Shown here one piece after another: positions 27,465 through 39,300 of a stretch of DNA of 64,000 nt. The DNA is from Macrostomum lignano (taxonomy: Eukaryota): NCBI GenBank assembly GCA_002269645.1, contig NIVC01003659.1, positions 20,733 through 84,732 on the forward strand. The letters run 5' to 3'. The translations under genes were made by a program, and so were the position numbers. A model generated the notes under the pieces. The model was not told the origin of the DNA. It saw nothing but the letters and a program-made list of their open reading frames with translations, and did not search any database. Within the stretch, counting starts at the first letter, position 1, and each line of letters begins with the position of its first letter.

Positions 27465-27744
27465 TGTCGGATTTCCATCCTCCAATTATTTGTACTTTCT
27501 GTTTTGCAATTCAGCCTTGTACTTTTCAGTTAGCCGACTCCCTTCGTCTGCCATGCTCTTCCCCACAGACAATCTCAATCGTTAATTCACCATAGATTAT
27601 ACAACTAACCTGTTCATTCTGTTAGTATAAATACAAGTTAAACTCGCGGATTAAGCCCTTCACCTTTTTTCTTTCTGCACCACTAATAACATATTATTAG
27701 TTATTAGTTTATTGTCTATTCGACAATTTTGGTGGCAGAGCGTC

Positions 27745-29151
27745 ATGGTCATCACACGATCGATAACTGACCAATCTGGCGACCAGACCCATCAGTCCCA
27801 GAATGACCACAGCACAGCCTCTGCAGAAGCGACCACTGCCACGGAGCAGCCACCCGTCGAAGCCAGCGACCCCCCACCAGCCGCTTCATCCGCCACATCT
27901 GCTCCTCCCGCTGCTCCTTCTACGGCTCCGATATCTGCAACAGCTCCCACTGCCTCCGTCGACGTCAACGCCCTCCTGACCGCAATGACTGCGATGATGC
28001 AGCAGAACCAGCAGCTCATTCAGCAGCTCGCCGCCACCGTCCGTCCAGCCTCGACACCAGTTGCCTCAACGCCCGCATCAGATGCGCACGATCCGGCCGG
28101 GCTCATCCGCTCCACTGTCCTCAAAAAGGTCCGTCTCCCGACATTCGACGGCACCGACCCTGCTGCATTTCCCGGGTTCTGGGACGCCTTCATCTACCGC
28201 GTCGACCAATCCAGCCTCAACGACGTCGACAAGTTCGAGGCACTCCGCGGTCTTCTATCCGGCCCCGCCCTCAGGAAGCTGGGCGCCCTTGATGCCTACC
28301 AACCCAACGCCTACGCCGAGGCCTGCCGCGTTCTCCAGGCTAACTACGCTGACGCGCAGGAGCAGAAAGACACCTGCTTCCAACGCCTCCTCGGACTATA
28401 CTGCAGCTCTGCCTCCGACGTAGACGAGCTCGAGACCTTTACCGACGCCCTCCGACTCGCTACCGGCCAGCTCCTCCGCCTTGGCGAGCCCGCCTTCACC
28501 CTCGACGGCTACGTCTACGCTCTCTGGAGCCGCCTCCCGATCGAGCTGCAGAACGAGATCGGCAACCTTCGTGCTGCCAACGGGCAGCCTCTCGTGCCAA
28601 CCATGACACAGCTCCAGAGCCACCTTGACTGTAAACTTAGGACTCTCCGGGCTGCCGCCACGACTACACCGACAGCGCCCTTTGCTACCGCAGACTTCCT
28701 GGGCAACACTGACTCTCAGCCGCCAATAGCGCGCTACCCCAGTGATCGCCGCCAGTCCACCACTCCTCGCACGGGCGCCACCCTTCACCACGTCACTCTG
28801 CACGCTTCGCTCCTACCACCAACCAGCAACAGCACAAGCCCAGCCACTCATGCCTCTATTGCAACAGCTCCGAACATACCACCATGTCCTGCTGCAACAT
28901 CCGCAAGCCCGATGACCGGCTTAAAATCGTTCGAAATAAGAACCTTAGCCACAACTGCCTTCGCCGACACCAAACCAAGGACTGCCGCGACAACCGACGC
29001 TGTCGTATGTGCGACGCCGCACACCACACCTCGCTGTACGGGGCCTCCTTCGACGCCCGCTCCAGCCATCGCTCACCACCTAAGACAGCCCAAAACGCTC
29101 ACGTTAATTCAAGTGGTGACGCCGACTCCAAAGAGACAGCCAACTCCCTAG
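27745..29151 (+). CDS. BEL/Pao gag-like ORF (DUF1759-type; zinc knuckles continue in a shifted frame ~28880-29040)
   Basis: LPTFDG..FWDAF..V..L.D..KF..L..LL.G.A motif; CxxCxxxH knuckles in ORF 28884-29600. Confidence 0.8.
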   Translation: MVITRSITDQSGDQTHQSQNDHSTASAEATTATEQPPVEASDPPPAASSATSAPPAAPSTAPISATAPTASVDVNALLTAMTAMMQQNQQLIQQLAATVRPASTPVASTPASDAHDPAGLIRSTVLKKVRLPTFDGTDPAAFPGFWDAFIYRVDQSSLNDVDKFEALRGLLSGPALRKLGALDAYQPNAYAEACRVLQANYADAQEQKDTCFQRLLGLYCSSASDVDELETFTDALRLATGQLLRLGEPAFTLDGYVYALWSRLPIELQNEIGNLRAANGQPLVPTMTQLQSHLDCKLRTLRAAATTTPTAPFATADFLGNTDSQPPIARYPSDRRQSTTPRTGATLHHVTLHASLLPPTSNSTSPATHASIATAPNIPPCPAATSASPMTGLKSFEIRTLATTAFADTKPRTAATTDAVVCATPHTTPRCTGPPSTPAPAIAHHLRQPKTLTLIQVVTPTPKRQPTP

Positions 29152-32100
29152 TCTCTGCCGCAGCCGACGGAGGTCTCGTGCCGACCATCATGGCTACCTT
29201 CCGGGCGAAGGCCGTCAACCCAAAAGATGGCCGCTCCGTCGACTGCACAATTCTTCTCGACTCAGGCTGCTCGTACTCGCATCTCGACGGCACCGTTGCC
29301 CACAAGCTTGGCCTCAAATCCACCAAGAGACTCTCGATAGCCACCTCCACCTTCCACTCAGAGTCCAGGCGTCAGATAACGGCGGACCTCGTCAGTTTCG
29401 ACTTCCAGGCCCCAGACGGTCGCCGCTGGCCAATCACAGCCCTCGCCTCCGACCAGCTAGCAGCCCCGATCCAAATACCGGCCGTAAAGCCCCTGAAGAT
29501 GTCCTTAACACCCTGGGCAGTGTCAACAACGGCGTCTGCAACCTCCCGCCCGACCACGATACAGACGGTACCCTCGACCTCATCCTCGGTGGTGACGTGA
29601 ACCAGTTACTCACCGGTCTTGCAATTTCTGTCCTCGCTCTTCGACCAACTCTAACGGCCTACCTGACGCCCTTCGGAGCTATCCTCAACGGTGCCATCAA
29701 CGACACGGGTGCCCGCAACATCAACAGCTTCCTCGGGTCCTCTCAGGTTCTCGTCGCTAACACCTACCTCAACATCAACAACGACAACCTTCACCTCGAC
29801 CGACTCCTGGACCACATGTCCAACCTTGAAGCTCTCGGCATAGCAAAGGATGCTGGAAGGCCGGACCCCAAGGATGACAGGCTCACTAAGCACCTGCTCG
29901 ACACCATCACGCGTGATTCTGATGGTCGAAGCTCAGTCGACTTGCCATTTAAAATCAGCGCTGAACTGCTCTCATCAAACTTCGGGCAAGCCTTAGGACG
30001 AGCGCAGGCCACGCACCGGCGACTAAGCCTCCCGGAGCGAGAAGCCTACTACGCCGAGTTCGAAAAACGGAAAGCCGAAGGAGTCTTAGAGCGAGTTGAC
30101 CCCAAGCGAGACAACAACGGGCAGATCCTTCACGTTCTACCGCACTTCCCTGTCATCAAGGAAAGCTCGAATACCACAAAAATTCGCCCCGTTGTCGACG
30201 CATCAGCAAAGACCTCTCTTGCCGGCGCTACGCTCAATGATTTTCTAGAGCCTGGACCAAACCTGTTGACCTCTCTACTCCAAATCCTTTTAGTCCATCG
30301 CGCCCACCGCTTCGCCATCTCGTCCGACTTCCAAGCTGCGTTCTATCAGATCGGGGTCAATGAACGCATCAATCTACGTATCATTGTCCCAAGAGACATC
30401 TCTCAACCGCTCATCGACGGCAACTTTGAAAAATGGCGCCTCACCCGCATCGTCATGGGTGCTTCTCCCAGCCCGTGGATCCTTCTCGCAGTCCTGCACA
30501 AGATTTGTCTCGACGCTCTTAACTCTGGAGAAACATGTCTGACTCGTACCGAGCTCGAACGCGTCATAGGTGGTCTCTACTTCGACAATCTAGAATCGTC
30601 GGAACCGACACTGAGGAGGACGCCGCCCGACTAGTCCGTGGACTTTGCGAGCTCTTCCGGCGTGCCTGCTTTCATCTTTGCGAGTTTGCCACAAACCTGC
30701 CCAGCTGCCTCTCCACGATTCCCAATGAGGATTGCATCCGCAGCCACAAATTCGGCCTTCTGGGTCTCACCTGGGCCACCAACGCAGACCGCATCACCCT
30801 CAAGAAGCCCAACCTGCCACGCCCAGAGGAACTGACCCGCCGAAAGATATGCCAAGGTGTCCACACCCCCTACGACCCAGCCGGTTACGCCGCTCCACTC
30901 ATACTCAGCGGTCGTCTTCTATACCGCCACGCTTTCCAAGCCACCGATCACTGGGACGAGATCGCCAGCTCTGAAATCAGAGACGCCTGGGCAAAGCTCG
31001 CACCAGATTCTCCGCCTCGACGAAGTCACCGTGCCGCGCTTCGCCATTAAGGACGCCAGCTACTCAGTTCGTCTCGTTATTTTATCTGACGGTGCTCCTG
31101 GGGCCTATGGTTTTGCCATCTACGCCTGGCAGTGCGTCGGTTCCAGCGTCTCCTGCCGCCTCATCTTCGCTAAAGCTCGACTCACCCCAGCCACCAAGCA
31201 AGGCCTCCTCGTCACGGTTCCGCGACTCGAACTCTGGGCAGCCCTCAGTCATCCTCGACGCAATGCGCAGCCACTTGCAGTTCGAAGGGGGGGGGGCGTA
31301 GCCCAGCGGTAGCGCAGCTGCTCTGGTGTGCCAGCGACCCAGGCTCGATTCCAAGTGCAGTCACATTAATTTGGGGCTGAATTGGAATCTCGGCTTGGCT
31401 CTGCTCGTGCAATTAACGGCCTTGAGAGCCAACCCCCCAAGGCGCAGTGAAGTGTACATGCCTAACGATAATATACAGTTAGGGCCGCTGTACACTCCTG
31501 TGTGAGTGTGTGCCTGTGTACGTATCCGCGCGCTTGTGTGCCTGCTCAGGGGAGTCGGTGGAATGGGCAGTAATGCCTCTCGCCGGTTGGGTGCCTATGT
31601 CGCTTAAAGTGCGCCAGGGTGCACACAACCCCCTGCCTCTAATAAAAAAATGCAGTTCGAAGGCGTCACCCACTTCATCGACAGCCAGATCGTCCTCTAC
31701 TGGCTTGCCAACGGTACCCAACTCCGAAACTACGAGGCACGTCGCATTCAGCAGATTCTCGATTCTGACGTCACTCGTGATTACCGGTACGTCCCAACAG
31801 CCGATAACCCAGCCGACCACTGTACCAAACCGCTGAGCCTTGATCGACTATTAGCGTCCAACTTCTACGAGGGCCCCGCCTTCCTTAAGCGGCCGTTTCT
31901 CGATTGGCCTTCCTGGACCGCTGCGGCGCCTGACCCTTGCCTTCTGGTCGGTGTCCCTGCTAGGAAGAAGCCTACAGCACTCGGCGCTACTCTAGTCGCT
32001 GCTGGATCTACTGCCTGTGCCACGCCTGGCCACCTGAGCCTCGAGCGCTCCAACCACCTTGAACACATTCTCGGCGTCACCTGCTATCTCCTCCAACTGA

Positions 32101-33320
32101 AGGCCGACATCCAACGCCGCCCATTCTCGAAAGACTTCCCGCCTTCTCACGCCGAGCGCCAGGCGGCCCTTCTCCTGTGGATCCGAGCAGCCCAAACTGT
32201 GTGCTACGGGGCCGTCATCCGAGCCCTCGAGTCTGGCCGGTCCAAGTCTGAGAAGATCGTCGCCTAGCTGGATCTTCATCTTTGCGACGGCTTCATCCGC
32301 CTCGGCAGCCGCTTCGCCAACGCTTCCATGGATGAGGACAGCAAGTACCCGCTCCTGCTGCCGCCCGGCCATCGCCTGACCCGGCTGCTCATCCTGCTCA
32401 TCCATCGCCAGAACAGCCACGCTGGTGTCTCCACCGTTCTCGCCATGCTCCGCGACAAATTGGGTGCCTAAAGGCCTCCTAACCGTCCGTGATGCGCTCT
32501 CCGACTGTATCCAGTGCCGCCTCGCCAAAGGCTCAACTCGCGCGCCGCCCGCACATGGCCAACTGCCCAAGGAGCGCCTAGACACCGAAGCTGGTCCATT
32601 TGCTTCCGTACTCGTCGACCAGCTCGGGCCCGTCTTCACCTACGACCATAAGCTCGGAGTCTCCACCAAGCGCTGGGCCCTGCTCATCACCTGCTGCACT
32701 ACGAGAGCCCTCCACATCGAGATCCTCTACGACTACTCCGCTGACGCCGTCCTCCACGCATTCGAGCGCTTCTGGTGCCGCCGCGGTCTCACCAAATGCA
32801 CTGTCTACCTAGACCAGGCCACCGCCTTCCAAGCCGCAGGAAAGTTCATCGAAAGCCACATCGCCACCGACTTCCAAAAAAAGCTCCACAACAACCTTCG
32901 GCCACTCGCCGCCTCGCGACCCCTGGTGTTTAAGTTCGCGCCAGCCCGAGCCCACTGACACCAAGGGGCGGTCGAGCGCCTCGTCGCCCTCACGAAGTCC
33001 AGCCTTCGTCCCGCCCTCTGGCGCAAGCGCATCTCCGATGAGGAACTGCACACTCTCCTCGTCAAGATCGAGGCCATCCTCAACTGCCGGCCGCTGACCA
33101 ATGTCTCCAACGACCCGGCCGATCCGTCACCGCTGACTCCGGCTCACCTCCTCGGGGTTGGCCCTCACCTGTTACTTCCGGTCCACGACGACACCTTCCT
33201 GCCTGCCGGTACTTCCACTGCTGACCGCCTCCGAGCTCTTCATCGCCGCCGCGATGCCATCCTCAACGAGTTCTGGGGCCGGTAGAGACAGGAGTACATC
33301 AGGCATCAGCCATCTCCGGT
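29150..33320 (+). pseudogene. BEL/Pao pol (protease, RT, RNase H, integrase), frameshifted and interrupted by a SINE
   Basis: ILLDSGCS (protease); LPHFPVIKESSNTTKIRPVVDAS and YFDN (RT); PRLEL and DSQIVL (RNase H); HAGV..C..C, VDQLGP, YLDQAT and GAVERLV (integrase). Confidence 0.9.
31289..31650 (+). mobile_element. tRNA-derived SINE inserted in BEL pol
   Basis: A box TAGCCCAGCGG, B-box-like GGCTCGATTCC, A-rich tail. 13-bp TSD TGCAGTTCGAAGG at 31276-88 and 31651-63. Removing it restores HLQFEGVTHFIDSQIVL. Confidence 0.9.
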
Positions 33321-33832
33321 CTGTCCATCTACAAGAACGACGTCGCCACAGACAGCACACCAGCGACGGCAGCAGCTTTCAACCCGGCCAAGCCTGTCTG
33401 CTGGCTGAACTTACGCCTCGAGCGACATGGAAAGTGCCGGATTCTACAGCTGCATCCGGACCCAACCGGTGTCGTCCGCTATGTGACCATCCGCACCGTA
33501 TCTGGCCACGATGTCCGGCGATCCATCGGACACCTCGTACCCCTCGAGTGCGACATCAACGGCCCACCTGCCGACCCACCTGCCGGCCCGCCTACCGGTC
33601 CGCCTGCCTGCTAGTCCACCTGTTGGCCCGCCGACTGGCCAATCACCCCGCGACAAGCGCGCTATACGCCGGCAAAAAATCCGTGACGGAATTTTTGACG
33701 CCTGAACTGAACTAAATAACCTAATACTCACAGTCACAAGTTAATCATTCTACTGTTTTACCGTTCAAAATCCCCGCTATCTATCGTTACCTGTTGGCCC
33801 CCCGAGCCTGTCGGATTTCCATCCTCCAATTA

Positions 33833-34484
33833 CACTCAGCAACATTTAAAACGCAACACTCTAACTAGAAGAAAAATCAACTCACTCAGAAGAGTCAAAG
33901 CGCATAGTCTATGGTTCAAATCGAGCTTCAGAAACGCGTGTAGCTTCCTCTCGCAAGTAACAGGGCGATGACTATGGACTGTTTTCAGATAGAGTGATCC
34001 AGCTGAGAGAATGGTTCAACAGATGACAGACGCGGAAAGATGGCGAGCAGTCGGAATGTTGGAAGCAGGTTGTACTCTTCGAACAGTTGCGAACCACTTC
34101 GGGAGGTCGCCTTCAACAGTTTTACGTCTGCTACAGAAGAGCAGAGCACCTGCGTACTCTTCGGTGGCCCTCAAGATCCCCTGATATGAACCCAATTGAA
34201 CATGTCTGGGACTTTATCAAGCGGAGTGTTCAACGGCAGAATCCGCCGCAGACAGTCGCTGAACTGCGAAACGCTGTTGCTAACGCGTGGCAGGAAATTC
34301 CCCAGGACTTTTTTCGACGCCTTGTTCTGGGAATGCCACGTCGAGTCAACGCCCTGTTACTTGCGAGAGGAGGCTACACGCGTTTCTGAAGCTCGATTTG
34401 AACCATAGACTATGCGCTTTGACTCTTCTGGGTGAGTTGATTTTTCTTCTAGTTAGAGTGTTGCGTTTTTAATGTTGCTGAGTG
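33833..34484 (+). mobile_element. Internally deleted Tc1/mariner DNA transposon inserted in the BEL 3' LTR
   Basis: TA TSD; ~135-bp TIRs (33833-33967, 34350-34484). N-terminal HTH (MVQQMTDAERWRAVGMLEAG..) is joined out of frame to the C-terminal WPSRSPDMNPIEHVW..GGYTRF. Confidence 0.92.
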
Positions 34485-35769
34485 TATTTTTACTTTCTGT
34501 TTTGCAATTCAGCCTTGTACTTTTCAGTTAGCCGACTCCCTTCGTCTACCATGCTCTCCCCCACAGACAATCTCAATCGTTAATTCACCATAGATTATAC
34601 AACTAACCTGTTCATTCTGTTAGTATAAATACAAGTTAAACTCGCGGCTTAAGCCCTTCACCTCCTTCCTTTCTGCACCACTAATCACATATTATTAGTT
34701 ATTAGTTTATTGTCTATTCGACACCCTTGGCTCAGTCAAGGAGGCTTCTAATTTCTGATTTCAGTGTTCTCTAAGTGCTTTGTCTGTCTGAACTAGAACG
34801 CCCGTTCTGTCTGCGTACGTTAATTCATTGCTATTGATCTGACCGACCCATCTGAAGACAAACCTCAAGCCTGCGAGAGGCTAGCACAGCCCCTCCCTTC
34901 CACCCACCAAGCCAGGCAGGATCTGCTAACGAGACGCCTTGTACGTTAAGCTGCAAATCTGCACGTTATTTCGTCCCGACGGAGACTCACCTCACCGAAG
35001 GCGGAGACCCAACGGACTGGTGGCAGCACTACCGACGCTGCTAATAGCTAATAAGAAGGCTTCCGAGAAGAGGCTCGAGATTTAAAGTAAAGCTTAAGTG
35101 CCTGCAAATCGGGAAGCAAACAGCCTGTACTTCGATTGGAAGGGTGGCGTACGTATAGGGGGTGAACAATCGACACAGAAGTGTGGAAATAAAATTTAGA
35201 GTGCGAGAGTGGATAAAATACAATGCTGTGGCGGTGCGCATAAAGTCAGCAACCAGCTGGAATGCATCAACAGCTGCCGAGACACTCCGGTCCCCCTGCC
35301 CGACTGACCCTCTCTCAGAACAAAAGTTTGCTCCGTTCCCAAAGCCGTGTCGCACCCTAAAGAAGCGTAGAGAGGCAGCTCACGATGACAGCTCCTACGG
35401 GGCGACGATCTCGATTGCTCTTCTTGCCATTTTGTTCTGCTGTTAGCACGGTCTGGCTCAGCAGAGCCTCGTGTACTTGTTCGGTGTCGGAAGATCTGGC
35501 CCTGGGTCGAGTGCGGCTCCCTCGCCTTCGCTCCTACAGAACTGACAGCTGGTGTGGGTGTTGAATACACAGTCTGCTCCTACAGAACTAACAGCTGGTG
35601 TGGGTGCTGATGTACAGTCTGCTCCTACAGAACTGACAGCTGGTGTTGGTGCTGAACTCCGGACACAAGGGTCTTGATCAAGCAAGTTGTTTGGTTTAAA
35701 GGTCAGGTCATCCATTAAAATTAAAAAGGAACTATCGATCAGTTGATTCTGGGTGTAGAGTGGCTTGTG

Positions 35770-35920
35770 GGCCGGGAGTTGCCATGCGTGCCTGCGTACA
35801 CTACTGGCGCGCTTGTATGTACGGAATGGAGTCGGCGGAATGAGCAGAATTGCCTCAGCGCTGGTTAGTGGGCCGATGTCATCGAAGGTGCAGCGTTAGG
35901 GTGGCCACAGCGGTCCTGCT
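35770..35920 (+). mobile_element. Diverged 3' fragment of the same SINE family
   Basis: GGAGTCGGCGGAATGAGCAG..TGCCTC..CGCTGGTT matches 31550-31600. Confidence 0.5.
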
Positions 35921-36343
35921 ATTATTATGATCACCTTATTGACAAGTGGGTTATAAAATAATACTATATTTAAGGCCGAGCAACTTCAAGGAAAAAAACG
36001 GCCAGGGAAACTTCTAAGAAGTGTCAAGCGGCCTGCTTTCTGTATATTTTACCGATAAAAATCAGAAGTATACAGTATTTTATCAATAAGCCATTGTGTG
36101 CCTTGCTGTCTTTTTTATCGAGTCATTCACGCGTGTGGTGCTAAATTACATGTAGAGCATGTCTTTGTACGCATTTTCTACGCTTGCGACACTTACAAAT
36201 ACTACAAAGCGAAAAATAATAGAGTAAAATGTCTACTATGCTACTGAAAATCACTGTCAGTAGTTAACTGGGCGAGTTGTTTTCACCAAACTGTTAAAAA
36301 AGACAATTCAAGATTCCACATTAATTTTATTGTCTCGACGAAA

Positions 36344-39300
36344 TCAGACCATCGACTTGGACTTGTCGATTCTGACCCGACGTGTCAGGTAAAACCAGGC
36401 GACGGAGGAGGCCAGGTACAGGAAAGCTGACACCCAGGAGGTGGCCACCGACCAGCCAATGGACACGGTGCGGTAGGTGTCAGTGCAAAACTGGCGGATG
36501 GCAGAGCGGAATTTTACAGAAAATCAATTTCCGGTTCAGGGACTTGAAAATATACGAGTAATTACCATGTAGATAAACCGGAAGTGGATAAACAGGCGTC
36601 ACGGAGATAAACCGGAAGTGGATAAACAGGCGTCACGGAGATAAACCGGAAGTGGATAAACAGGCATCACTGAGATAAACCGGAAGTGGATAAACAGGCG
36701 TCACGGAGATAAACCGGAAGTGGATAAACAGGCGTCACGGAGATAAACCGGAAGTGGATAAACAGGCATCACTGAGATAAACCGGAAGTGGATAAACAGG
36801 CGTCACGGAGATAAACCGGAAGTGGATAAACAGGCGTCACGGAGATAAACCGAAAGTGGATAAACAGGCGTAACGGAGATAAACCGGAAGTGGATAAACA
36901 GGCGTAACGGAGATAAACCGGAAGTGGATAAACAGGCATGACTGAGATAAACCGGAAGTGAATAAACAGGCATGACTGAGATAAACCGGAAGTGGATAAA
37001 CAGGCGTAACGGAGATAAACCGGAAGTGGATAAACAGGCGTAACGGAGATAAACCGGAAGTGGATAAACAGGCATCACTGAGATAAACCGGAAGTGGATA
37101 AACAGGCATCACTGAGATAAACCGGAAGTGGATAAACAGGCATCACTGAGATAAACCGGAAGTGAATAAACAGGCGTCACTGAGATTAACCTAGCATCTA
37201 TCAGGATTAATAAACATGGAGAAGCCTTGAAGCTTCAGCACGTACTTTCATTTTACTTAATTGGTTAACTTCTGTACCTGTCCTCTTGTCTGCTCAGTGG
37301 CTGTGCAAGCATCGCATATTTATTGACTGAATAGTTGCACAAATAAAATCTGCTGCAAAGGGGCCACGCCTTACGAATACAAAAATAGAGCTTTCTTTGA
37401 GTCTTGGCTTACTATATATATAATCTTTTCTATAGTTGGGGCAGTACTTCAAAGAACAGTCAATTTTTAGTAACGATAGGAATCGGTTAAGACAGATCGA
37501 TGACGAATTACAAAGTTTTTTTAGGATTGTAATTGATAGTGTTTATTGCTTGTAGAGTACGAGCTGCAGGCAAAGGTTCATGCAGTTAAGTACTCCTATA
37601 GTTACTGTTTTAACTAAATGGAACTCTTTTTATCTTACAGTAATAAACCCATACGACTCAAATTCCAAATAGCTCAAATCCCATAGTGCTCAAATCCCAT
37701 AGTGCTCTAATATCATAGTGCTCAAATCCCATTGTGCTCAAATCCCATAGTGCTCAAATCCCATAGTTCTCAAACCCCATTGTGCTCAAATCCCATAGTG
37801 CTCAAATCCCATACAGTGCTCAAATCCCATAGCACTCAAAGTTACCTGCTCAGGCGTTTTCACCAGGTTATAGCATGTGCACTGCGGGCACTCTTCAATC
37901 TGAGGTCGGCGAGTCATTCTTGAGGCTTTCTCGTGCTCGATGGAGTTGCTGAAGATCACAAAAATTCCTACATGGAGTAGAGATAAAAATAATAAGTCGA
38001 GTTTATGTGATTTTGCATAAAAAATGAGCATCATTGGCTTATCCGCACATCTAGAAACACATATCCGCATATCTAGACACATGCACATATATGCACATCT
38101 AGACACACATATCTGCACATCTAGATACACATACCCGCTCATCTAGACACACATACCCGCACATCTTGACGCACATATCCGCACATCTTGACACACATAT
38201 CCGCACATCTAGACACACATATCCGCACATCTAGACACACGTATCCGTACATCTAGACACACATATCCGCACATCTAGACACACGTATCCGCACATCTAG
38301 ACACACATATCCGCACATCTAGACACACATACCCGCACATCTAGACACACATATCTGCGCATCTAGACACACATATCCGCACATCTAGACACACATATCC
38401 GCACATCTAGATACACATATCCGCACATCTAGACACACATATCCGCACATCTAGACACACATACCCGCACATCTAGACACACATATCTGCCCATCTAGAC
38501 ACACTAAACCGCCAAGCTCACCAGCAGTGAGATGCAGGACTCCAGTCACCATAATCGAGGGCACAATTTTAGCCAGCACTCCAATCGTTCCAGTGATGAC
38601 GGAGGAGATGACGCAGATGAGCACCACTATGCAGCAGGCCATCGTGTTGTTTTGCATCTCTGCGATTAGGGTTGCAGGGCGGAGAGGCTTTGCATTTTAA
38701 GCTTTACAACGATACGCCTATGCATGTACACTCTCGTTAGCATTTCTGGGTTCGACATTTAAAAAGAATACTACTGCGATTCACTTTCTCCTTTGGATGA
38801 CTTTAGAGAAGAATAGACGTCCACAAGAAGACTCAGAAGCTAGTTTCGCAACAATAGGACTCAAGAGTGGCGCCACAATAGGACTCAGGATTGGCGCCGC
38901 AATAGGACTCGGGAGCTAGTGGCGCCATAATAGAACTCAAGAGTGGCGCCACAATAGGACTCAAGAGTGGCGCCACAATAGGACTCAAGAGTGGCGCCAC
39001 AATAGGACTTGAGAGTGGCGCCATAATAGGACTCAAGAGTGGCGCCACAATAGGACTTGAGAGTGGCGCCACAATAGGACTCAAGAGTGGCGCCACAATA
39101 GGACTTGAGAGTGGCGCCACAATAGGACTCAAGAGTGGCGCCACAATAGGACTTGAGAGTGGCGCCACAATAGGACTTGAGAGTGGCGCTACAATAGGAC
39201 TGGATCAGGAGTGGCGCCACAACAGGACTTGAGAGCGGCGCCACAATAGGACGCAGGTGTGGCGCAACAGTAGGACTCAGGAGCTATGAGTGGTAGCGTA

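Larger units (their letters stand above)
27465..34723 (+). mobile_element. BEL/Pao LTR retrotransposon, full length, defective
   Basis: TG..CA LTRs at 27465-27725 and 33809-34723 (the latter interrupted). 5-bp TSD CCCTT at 27460-64 and 34724-28. PBS TGGTGGCAGAGCG at 27730. Domain order gag-PR-RT-RNaseH-IN, with several frameshifts and stops. Confidence 0.95.
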
